From positions 772,254 to 804,253 of the forward strand of contig NZ_CP146064.1 of the NCBI RefSeq assembly GCF_037013405.1: DNA of 32,000 nucleotides, in the 5' to 3' direction. Shown here in pieces: positions 1 through 6,460 of this stretch. Below the pieces are notes generated by a model. It ran no database searches. It worked only from the letters and a program-made list of their open reading frames with translations, and had not been told where the DNA came from. Both the position numbers and the translations under genes were made by a program. Every line of letters starts with the position of its first letter. Position 1 is the first letter of the stretch. This stretch comes from Candidatus Nanosynbacter sp. BB002. GTDB lineage: Bacteria > Patescibacteriota > Saccharimonadia > Saccharimonadales > Saccharimonadaceae.

Positions 1-643
1 CCTTATTGTTTACAAGTATTACGTTTATGTATTCTGGTAACTTATACGACAATAGAGTTATACCCACCATCTCAATCGTCCTTGATACTGCTGTAAATAT
101 CTGTTTTGCGCTTTCTTGGTTATTGAAATCTGGAACATTCTTCTTATTTCTAAAATCTCCGTCATGCTCATTTCCATTACGGTTGTCACGCAGATGATCC
201 TGCCAGTTCCGCTTCTGAATATCAATAAATGATTTCAAGTCGCCCACCTCAGGATGTCGCCTAATAAAGCCACTCATTTGCTGTTCATAGTCCTTACCCG
301 CAAATATACATCCTATATCATATCCAAATGATCTAGTAAAATTTACGAGCCTATCCTTATAGGCGCTCCATAGGCAATTATAGAGTGAGTTATAAACTGC
401 AGCTATTTCAGAGCTGGGCCGCGAATTAAAACCACTTTCTACCACCACCTTGTAGTGATTCCTTGCTTCAAGGAGTTTTTCATAGATACGATCCGCGCAG
501 AAATCAGCCTCATCTCTAATCTTGTCATTCTCTATTTTTTCTGCAGCTTTCTTAAATAGAAACCAAATACTCTCTACTTCTGGGTCACTAGGATTCCATT
601 CTGCCCTTAATGAAAAAGTAAACTGTGTTTTATTAACTATCAT
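1..643 (-). CDS. Hypothetical protein with its C-terminus cut by the window edge (at least 214 aa). Probable third gene of the ATPase/RloB cassette. Contains an Rx4H (RNWQDH) HEPN-like motif.
   Basis: This ORF is absent from the supplied track because it runs off the left edge. Hand translation of the minus strand from ATG 643..641 gives 214 sense codons with no stop down to position 2 (MIVNKTQFTFSLRAEWNPSDPEVESIWFLFKKAAEKIENDK...QKRNWQDHLRDNRNGNEHDGDF...LPEYINVILVNNK). An in-frame stop lies just upstream at 668..670. It is co-oriented with the RloB-like gene and starts 43 nt after it, with no hairpin between. I recognise no family. Confidence 0.55.
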   Translation of the reverse strand, partial: MIVNKTQFTFSLRAEWNPSDPEVESIWFLFKKAAEKIENDKIRDEADFCADRIYEKLLEARNHYKVVVESGFNSRPSSEIAAVYNSLYNCLWSAYKDRLVNFTRSFGYDIGCIFAGKDYEQQMSGFIRRHPEVGDLKSFIDIQKRNWQDHLRDNRNGNEHDGDFRNKKNVPDFNNQESAKQIFTAVSRTIEMVGITLLSYKLPEYINVILVNNK

Positions 644-686
644 ACGGTTAATTGCCTTGATCAATATCTATTCTTTTCCGTTATTC

Positions 687-1313
687 TCACTTTAGTTTAA
701 GCAATCTCTCTACAAGCATAAAAACAGTAGTGGAGGGGTCGGCATTGGCAGGGTCATTCTTATCGCTCAATCTATATAGCTTCTTCGCATTTCGGATCGC
801 AACACCTATCTTATCTTCAAGTTTGTCATACATTGACTGATCGTTCTTTTTATAGGCACCCATGATCTCTCTCAGCTTAACGATGTAATCAGAGCGTAAT
901 ATTTGAGTGTCACAGTAATTAAAATGTAACAAATACCAAAGTTCAAATGCATCATTAGAATATGCAACCCGCACTCCATTAGTTTTTGCTTTTTCAATCG
1001 CAGAGTTGAATAAAGCAACGTCACTAGGGTTTGCTCTATTCTTATCCCTGTCAAATACACACCAAACCTCTTCGTAATCGCCATCTTCTTCCATCAAGGC
1101 TAGTGCCCTATCGACTACGCTAGTATGTACCGCCCCTGCTGGCTCTATAACTACATTCATGGTTCTAACCTTAAATCCCTTAAAATAGTTTGGCTCCGTC
1201 TTTGTCCCCTCACAAACGATAAGAATTCGCGGTTTAACCTCACGGTTTGCTGATTTTCTAGAAAGTCGACTCCTACCCCTAGAGCGCTCCCATGCTTTTG
1301 CCCTCCTACTCAT
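687..1313 (-). CDS. RloB-like / AbiLii-like protein (OLD/TOPRIM-type putative nuclease)
   Basis: 208 aa. It carries the hallmark 'ILIVCEGTKTEPNYF' (conserved TOPRIM Glu) and 'VWCVFDRDK' (DxD). Its start is 9 nt downstream of the ATPase stop. Confidence 0.75.
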   Translation of the reverse strand: MSRRAKAWERSRGRSRLSRKSANREVKPRILIVCEGTKTEPNYFKGFKVRTMNVVIEPAGAVHTSVVDRALALMEEDGDYEEVWCVFDRDKNRANPSDVALFNSAIEKAKTNGVRVAYSNDAFELWYLLHFNYCDTQILRSDYIVKLREIMGAYKKNDQSMYDKLEDKIGVAIRNAKKLYRLSDKNDPANADPSTTVFMLVERLLKLK

Positions 1314-1322
1314 TATGTTAAT

Positions 1323-2597
1323 CTATAAACTATTAAAATCCCCTATATATGGTATTGCGCCATATCTACCATTTATATAATCTTTCTGAAATGAGGCATC
1401 TTTTCGAGGCTTATATTCCAACAATGAATATAAATGAGAGGAACCATACTTATCCTTTTCTGTGAACCAGATCTGGTCTCTTCTAAAATGGTTTCCTCGT
1501 AGAAGATTAGTGTCGTGGGTTGTAAATATTAACTGTGCATTCTTTTTATTACTCGTCTTTGAATTGAAAAGTTTTACAATCTCTTTCGTTACGAGTGGAT
1601 GAAGTTTTGACTCAAGTTCATCTACGACGATTGTTTTGCCAGTTTCAAGCGACTGAGCCAAACTTCCTGCTAAGGCAAATAATTTTTTAGTACCATCAGA
1701 CTCTTGCCGCCGAAGATCAAACTCTTCAATACCCGACTCTTTACCGTTTTCATAAGCCTTACGACGAGTGATAATTCGGGGTGGCGCTTTTCCCCCACCT
1801 TCTTTTTCAAGGAGTGCATTTACACTCTCAATAAAAGCCCTCACTTGGTCAGATATCTCCAAATCAGCAGGTATCGCAATGGGCACGAAATCTCGCTCCT
1901 CGATAGCGATATCTTCAATTTGAACATCAAATCTATGAAGGATATCAAGGACCTGTTTCTTTCTCTTTTTACCGCTCTTGCCTTCTTCTAAGAGCATATC
2001 AGCAGTATTACTCAAATTAGAGTCTAACCCGCTCATAACAGACATATCCTCAAACCACTCCATGATAGATTGAGTAATGCTTGCACCATTAAGCTGAGCT
2101 ACAAATGATAAAAATAGTTTATCCTCTTTGATGCTATCGCTTAATCTTCTCCCCTCTCTAAATGAACGGCCAATAGTTATGTTTTGTTTTTCTCGAGTAA
2201 AAAGGGATGCTTCTCTGGTCGTCGGAACATAAAACAACCATTCTGACAAGATACTCTTTCTGTCAATCTCAAAGCCATATCTATATCTTATATTATCCTT
2301 CATAAAAATTATTTCAAAGAAGCTTGGCTCATCTTTCATAGTTCTATCAAGCTTATAAGCACAATTGCGTATTGGAGATTCCCCTAATACAAGATTTCGC
2401 ATAAAACCAATTGCTCGAACAAAATTTGTCTTGCCGCTACCATTGGCACCATAAACGGCCGCACTCTTAAGAACGCGCCTATTGTTAACTGGAAAAGTAT
2501 TATCGTCTTCATGTGTCTTATCATTTGAAGCAAGCATACTAAATTCGGCCATTTCTTTAAATGATAGGCAGTTTGCAGTTCTAAATTCTATGAGCAT
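1323..2597 (-). CDS. ABC/SMC-like AAA_21-type ATPase (RloA / AbiLi-like)
   Basis: Motifs are Walker A 'GANGSGKTNF', signature-like 'ESDGTKKLF', Walker B 'IVVDELESKLHP' and 'FTTHD'. The C-terminal 'RDQIWFTEKD...GRYGAIP' is typical of this family. I moved the start from the track ATG (2645) to ATG 2597, which has AAGGAG (2604..2609) 6 nt upstream. The track start lies inside the predicted -35 box. Confidence 0.8.
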   Translation of the reverse strand: MLIEFRTANCLSFKEMAEFSMLASNDKTHEDDNTFPVNNRRVLKSAAVYGANGSGKTNFVRAIGFMRNLVLGESPIRNCAYKLDRTMKDEPSFFEIIFMKDNIRYRYGFEIDRKSILSEWLFYVPTTREASLFTREKQNITIGRSFREGRRLSDSIKEDKLFLSFVAQLNGASITQSIMEWFEDMSVMSGLDSNLSNTADMLLEEGKSGKKRKKQVLDILHRFDVQIEDIAIEERDFVPIAIPADLEISDQVRAFIESVNALLEKEGGGKAPPRIITRRKAYENGKESGIEEFDLRRQESDGTKKLFALAGSLAQSLETGKTIVVDELESKLHPLVTKEIVKLFNSKTSNKKNAQLIFTTHDTNLLRGNHFRRDQIWFTEKDKYGSSHLYSLLEYKPRKDASFQKDYINGRYGAIPYIGDFNSL

Positions 2598-2616
2598 AAA
2601 TTTCTCCTTACCTGAA

Positions 2617-2645
2617 ATTATACCAAAATATACACTAAAATGCAA
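2617..2645 (-). promoter_or_regulatory. Sigma70-type promoter with extended -10 for the ATPase/RloB cassette
   Basis: The minus strand reads TTGCAT (2645..2640), N17, then TGgTATAAT (2625..2617). The -10 box ends about 19 nt before ATG 2597, and the SD lies in between. Confidence 0.55.
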
Positions 2646-2746
2646 TAATTTGAGATTATTTCACAAATATACTGTTTTAAATCAATTTATAAGTCTTAAT
2701 TCGTTATTTAAGCTTTTTTACAGCCCCACCCACTATACTCACCGAC

Positions 2747-3199
2747 ATGAATATTCGCAAACAACTCACCACCTTTGCCACCATCGGTGTTCTCAATACC
2801 GCCATTGACATCACAATATACACCCTATTGATATGGCTCACCGTGCCGCTACTATTGGCCGTCATCATGTCAACCACCATAGGGATGATCTGCAGCTATT
2901 TTCTAAATAAGCGCTTCACCTTCAAAACCGACCGCCAGCCAATTGTCCAGTTTATCGGTATCACCCTCACTGGCCTGTGGGTTTTACAACCAACTGCCAT
3001 ATGGCTACTTATCCAACTGTTCGGAATAACCAGCACTTTTGGTTTGAGCATAGCAAAATTAGCCGCCACTAGCATCAGTCTGGTGTGGAATTTTGTATGG
3101 TACCGAATCGTATTTCGAGGAACAAAGAAAAAACACCTCCGTAGACGTGTCTTTTCTTGGCTCCGGCAGCTGGGCTCGAACCAGCGACCTATTGGTTAA
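2747..3199 (+). CDS. GtrA-family small polytopic membrane protein (putative polyprenyl-phosphate-sugar translocase)
   Basis: 150 aa with four hydrophobic segments. N-terminal 'FATIGVLNTAIDITIYTLLIW' and 'YFLNKRFTFK' match the GtrA-like pattern. The last ~25 codons (Lys/Arg-rich) run through a terminator hairpin and 42 nt of the antisense tRNA-Asn before the first stop. Confidence 0.75.
   Translation: MNIRKQLTTFATIGVLNTAIDITIYTLLIWLTVPLLLAVIMSTTIGMICSYFLNKRFTFKTDRQPIVQFIGITLTGLWVLQPTAIWLLIQLFGITSTFGLSIAKLAATSISLVWNFVWYRIVFRGTKKKHLRRRVFSWLRQLGSNQRPIG
3128..3155 (-). terminator. Intrinsic terminator immediately after tRNA-Asn
   Basis: The minus-strand RNA reads AAAAGACAC, a 10-nt loop, then GUGUUUUUU (9-bp stem with one G.U), followed by CUUUGUU. 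It starts 3 nt after the tRNA CCA end. Confidence 0.55.
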
Positions 3200-3232
3200 C
3201 AGCCAACCGCTCTACCACTGAGCTATGCCGGA
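3158..3232 (-). tRNA. tRNA-Asn (anticodon GTT), CCA encoded
   Basis: The minus-strand sequence is TCCGGCATAGCTCAGTGGTAGAGCGGTTGGCTGTTAACCAATAGGTCGCTGGTTCGAGCCCAGCTGCCGGAGCCA. It folds by hand into a cloverleaf: 7-bp acceptor stem, D arm GCTC/GAGC, anticodon loop CTGTTAA and T arm GCTGG-TTCGAGC-CCAGC. Total length is 75 nt. Confidence 0.95.
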
Positions 3233-3245
3233 ATACCGTATTGCC

Positions 3246-3274
3246 ATTGTACCGTATCATGACATTATTGTAAA
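3246..3274 (-). promoter_or_regulatory. Sigma70-type promoter for tRNA-Asn
   Basis: The minus strand reads TTTACA (3274..3269), N17, then TACAAT (3251..3246). The -10 box ends 13 nt before the mature tRNA 5' end. Confidence 0.6.
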
Positions 3275-3293
3275 GAACTGAATTATGGTTATA

Positions 3294-3650
3294 TTAGGCA
3301 CCTTTGACAATATCCAAAGCTTTTCTCAGGATGGCAGCTTCCTCATGAGCCGCCTCATCCGCCGCGGCCTCACGTTTTTTGGCTTCTTGCTCCAGATGAT
3401 ACCACCATGGCTTGGTCGCGCCAGTAGTATCAACCTCGTGATTGATACCAAGCTCCAGTGACCTGGCTTTACCCTCTCGTTTAATCAAGGCTCCCTGTGC
3501 CACCAAACCGTCAATGTGCTTGGCTACTGTTGAGACTGATTTATAGCCCAAAGCCTGCATTATCTCTCGAAACGTTGGGCTATATCCCTGTCCGCTGATG
3601 AATCCTTCAATAAAATCTAGTAGTTGTTTTTGCTTTTTTGTTAGTTTCAT
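3294..3650 (-). CDS. LexA-type winged-helix DNA-binding-domain protein that lacks the S24 peptidase domain
   Basis: 118 aa. Residues 1-67 (MKLTKKQKQLLDFIEGFISGQGYSPTFREIMQALGYKSVSTVAKHIDGLVAQGALIKREGKARSLEL) align by eye to the LexA N-terminal domains of E. coli and B. subtilis. The C-terminal ~45 aa form a charged Ala/Glu-rich helix. There is no Ala-Gly cleavage site and no Ser/Lys dyad region. Confidence 0.75.
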   Translation of the reverse strand: MKLTKKQKQLLDFIEGFISGQGYSPTFREIMQALGYKSVSTVAKHIDGLVAQGALIKREGKARSLELGINHEVDTTGATKPWWYHLEQEAKKREAAADEAAHEEAAILRKALDIVKGA

Positions 3651-3674
3651 ATATGTTCTATTCCTTGCTATACT

Positions 3675-3696
3675 TATAATACAACCAAACAGGAGG
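3675..3696 (+). promoter_or_regulatory. Candidate -10 box and SD of galE
   Basis: TATAAT lies at 3675..3680 with a weak -35. AGGAGG lies at 3691..3696, 9 nt before ATG 3706. The same AT-rich palindromic core (TTATAA) reads as TATTAT/TATAAG on the minus strand, upstream of the LexA-like gene. Confidence 0.35.
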
Positions 3697-3705
3697 ATAA
3701 TAAAG

Positions 3706-4719
3706 ATGAAGATTTTGTTGACTGGTGGTGCAGGTTATATCGGTTCTCATACCGCCATTGAGCTGATTCACAGCGGACACGAGGTGATTATTATGGATGA
3801 TCTGTCGAACAGCTCAGCGGAAGTGATACGACGCATTGAGCACATCACCAAAACGACCGTTCCGTTTGTAGAGGCAGATGTGCGTGACAAAGCGGCGCTA
3901 GAAGAGGTATTTGCTAACCAACAGATTGATGCCGTCATTCATTTTGCCGGATTTAAAGCTGTTGGTGAGTCAGTCGCCAAACCCCTGGAGTATTATGACA
4001 ATAATCTCATCTCAAGTCTGGTTCTTTTGGAAACCATGAAAAAACATCATGTTAACAAAATTGTTTTCTCCAGTTCAGCCACTGTCTATGGCAATCCAGA
4101 GTCTCTGCCACTGACAGAAGAATCACCAACTGGCCGAGGAATTACCAATCCATATGGCCAGACTAAGTTCATGATTGAGCAGATTTTACAAGATGCCGCG
4201 GTCGCCAACCCAGAGTTGGAGGTTTCTATTTTGCGCTATTTCAACCCCATCGGCGCGCACGCATCAGGAACCATTGGTGAAGATCCAAACGGCATCCCAA
4301 ACAACCTACTACCATACGTTGCGCAAGTGGCAGTTGGTAAACTGAATGAAGTTGGTGTGTTCGGTGATGACTATGACACACCTGATGGTACCGGTGTGCG
4401 TGACTATATCCACGTAGTCGATTTGGCGCGTGGTCACGTAGCAGCGCTGGAGCACATGAAGTCAGGCGTGAATATCTATAACCTTGGTACAGGACATGGT
4501 ACCTCTGTTCTGGAGATCATTAAAGCCTTCTCTCAAGCCTCTGGCCACGACATTCCTTATGTCATCAAGACTCGTCGCCCTGGTGATTTGGCAGCTTGCT
4601 ACGCCAATTGCGATAAAGCCCAACGAGAGCTCAACTGGAAAGCTGAATTATCTGTTGAGCAAGCCTGCCAAGACACCTGGAACTGGCAAAGTAATAATCC
4701 AAACGGCTACCACTCATAA
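3706..4719 (+). CDS. galE: UDP-glucose 4-epimerase
   Basis: 337 aa with 'MKILLTGGAGYIGSH', 'YGQTKFMIEQ' (YxxxK) and 'RYFNPIGAH'. I trimmed the start from the track's 3598 to the SD-preceded ATG at 3706. Confidence 0.9.
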   Translation: MKILLTGGAGYIGSHTAIELIHSGHEVIIMDDLSNSSAEVIRRIEHITKTTVPFVEADVRDKAALEEVFANQQIDAVIHFAGFKAVGESVAKPLEYYDNNLISSLVLLETMKKHHVNKIVFSSSATVYGNPESLPLTEESPTGRGITNPYGQTKFMIEQILQDAAVANPELEVSILRYFNPIGAHASGTIGEDPNGIPNNLLPYVAQVAVGKLNEVGVFGDDYDTPDGTGVRDYIHVVDLARGHVAALEHMKSGVNIYNLGTGHGTSVLEIIKAFSQASGHDIPYVIKTRRPGDLAACYANCDKAQRELNWKAELSVEQACQDTWNWQSNNPNGYHS

Positions 4720-4739
4720 GACGCTTTGCGCACTGAACC

Positions 4740-4767
4740 AAAACCAGCGGCTACTACCGCTGGTTTT
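4740..4767. terminator. Bidirectional intrinsic terminator between the convergent galE and LCP genes
   Basis: The sequence is AAAACCAGCGG-ctacta-CCGCTGGTTTT: a 7-bp GC-rich stem extended by an A4/T4 run, with U-tracts on both strands. The LCP stop codon (4754..4756) sits in the loop. Confidence 0.7.
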
Positions 4768-6460
4768 CTGTACCGAGGACGATGACAATGTCAGCGTTAT
4801 ACTTACTGATGGTTGGCGGGATGGTAGTTACAACATTAGTGCCATAGGTTTGCTTCAATTTTTCAATGGTCTTTGGTTTCGTACCGTTACTTAGGTCGTA
4901 GATAGTGTGTTTAGCTTGGACGCCGCCCGGATAGTTGCCAACCTGGACCACATTTAACTCTTGTTTAGTTAATTTCGTCTGTTCGGCGGCCGCCACCCCG
5001 GCGATACCAGATCCATTCAATATCACCAGTCTCGCTTCCTCGTTCATCTCAGCTGTTGGGCTGATGCGTTTTTTAACATAATTTTTAATGGCCGTGTAGT
5101 TATAGGTTCCAGCAGTCGGCACCACCACACTGGCGCCTGCGATATTGGAGGTTGTCAGTAGCTGTACCTTATTTTTCTCGTCAACCAGTGGTATTGAGAC
5201 AATCTTTTCGGCATTAAACTCCTTCAAAATTTCAACGATGGTCTGCATCTCTTTGGTTTCAAAGTTGGTGTTAATGTTATTACCCAATGCATCGATAATC
5301 CCCATCATGACGTTGAAATCTGCTTTGTTGGATGTTTTGGCTTTCTCGACGATGGCTTTGATAATTTTTTGCTGGTTACGCTCACGGTCAAAGTTACCGC
5401 CACTCAATCCAATTCCTCCAGCACTACCACGGGCACGGCTAAATGCCAAGGCTTGCTCACCATTCATGTGAACTGTCTCACCGTTACGGTAGCGGATTTT
5501 TGTAGCCACGTCGTACACCATTGATGAGCCGTCGTAGGCCTCAACCTTCACGTCGATTCCACCAAGTGCATTAACCACCTCAGTAAGCACGCGCCAGTTA
5601 GCGTGCACTTTGTAGTGGATTTCCATACCCAATACCTCTTGAGCAGCTTTGGCGATCTCTGCCTGTCCAGCCTGTTCACTAGCAGCTTGGTCCTTGCCGC
5701 TGTCTTTGGCGTCTTGTTTACCACAGCCATAACTCTCGTTTAGCTTTCCGGCGGTAGTTTTCAGCCAAGACTGACAGGTGTGCTTTACGTACAGATCTCG
5801 CGGCAGAGACACAGTGTAGGCGTCCTTATTGTCCTGGTGATAAGACAATACCATGATGGAGTCAGCCAAATCAGCACCCTCCCAGCCATCAGGCGACGTA
5901 CCAAAAATCAAAACATTTGTACGGCCGTTATCATCCTGTTTAAGTCGTGTTTTCGTAAACAACCCAAGGATATCTCCACCAACAACTCGCGATAGATTGT
6001 TATATAGTCGCCATGCCTGAAAGCCCAAAAATATCAGTAGTGGAATTAATATTATCAGTATAATGCGCTTGATGAGTCGTCGCTTTTTGAACTGCTCAAA
6101 CGACAGCGGTTTTTTGTTCTTTTTCTCACGCTTTTTGTTAAGCTTTTCGAGCTTCTTTTCTGCTTTGAGACGCTTCTGCTCTTTTTTATCTGGTTCTGGT
6201 CGGACTGGTCGCTGCGGCTGATTATCAATTTCTCGCAGACTAGCTTGTATATCATTATCTTCAGGAAATGGACGCTGAAGTTGTTGTGGTTGCTGAAAAT
6301 TTTGCGGAGCAACTGGAGTATGTCGCGGCTGCATACCATCAATAGCAACCGGTCTACCCACTCGTCTTGGAGCGTTAATACCGGGTTTATTCCCGACTCG
6401 CTCTGGTCGTCGACCAGCAGGAATGAAACCATCAACTGATATATTCGGCTTTTTCATCAA
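4754..6460 (-). CDS. LytR-CpsA-Psr (LCP) family glycopolymer-peptidoglycan ligase with a C-terminal LytR_C domain
   Basis: 568 aa. It has one TM segment (about residues 131-150). The LCP core shows 'LIFGTSPDGWEGADLADSIMVLS' and 'NGEQALAFSRAR'. The C-terminal 'RLVILNGSGIAGVAA...IVIVLG' is LytR_C-like. The N-terminal ~130 aa are Pro/Gln/Lys-rich low complexity. Confidence 0.8.
   Translation of the reverse strand: MMKKPNISVDGFIPAGRRPERVGNKPGINAPRRVGRPVAIDGMQPRHTPVAPQNFQQPQQLQRPFPEDNDIQASLREIDNQPQRPVRPEPDKKEQKRLKAEKKLEKLNKKREKKNKKPLSFEQFKKRRLIKRIILIILIPLLIFLGFQAWRLYNNLSRVVGGDILGLFTKTRLKQDDNGRTNVLIFGTSPDGWEGADLADSIMVLSYHQDNKDAYTVSLPRDLYVKHTCQSWLKTTAGKLNESYGCGKQDAKDSGKDQAASEQAGQAEIAKAAQEVLGMEIHYKVHANWRVLTEVVNALGGIDVKVEAYDGSSMVYDVATKIRYRNGETVHMNGEQALAFSRARGSAGGIGLSGGNFDRERNQQKIIKAIVEKAKTSNKADFNVMMGIIDALGNNINTNFETKEMQTIVEILKEFNAEKIVSIPLVDEKNKVQLLTTSNIAGASVVVPTAGTYNYTAIKNYVKKRISPTAEMNEEARLVILNGSGIAGVAAAEQTKLTKQELNVVQVGNYPGGVQAKHTIYDLSNGTKPKTIEKLKQTYGTNVVTTIPPTISKYNADIVIVLGTENQR

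Noticed and set aside
6-197. Track ORF of 63 aa on the plus strand at the left edge
   Set aside because: It lies antisense within a much longer uninterrupted minus-strand ORF (1..643). It has a hydrophobic, low-complexity composition and no start context. I treat it as a shadow ORF.
412-419. An 8-nt match (AGCTGGGC) to the 3' part of tRNA-Asn (3168..3175), considered as a possible att repeat bounding an island integrated at the tRNA
   Set aside because: An 8-mer match between a 75-nt tRNA and 3 kb of flank is expected by chance, and the match does not extend. It lies inside a CDS. A higher-GC gtrA-like gene separates the tRNA from the AT-rich cassette, and no integrase is visible. The island boundary cannot be defined from this window.
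3121-3140. The A-run (aaagaaaaaaca) near the end of the gtrA-like gene, considered as a frameshift or sequencing error creating the long tail
   Set aside because: A +1 A would give an earlier stop (…KKKTPP*), but nothing in the sequence itself shows an error. This is left as an observation only.
3641-3705. Search for a LexA/Cheo-type operator (GAAC-N4-GTTC or CTGT-N8-ACAG) in the region between the LexA-like gene and galE
   Set aside because: Only a single GTTC half-site (3655..3658) and the AT-only palindrome TTATAA are present. No convincing dyad exists, so no operator is claimed.
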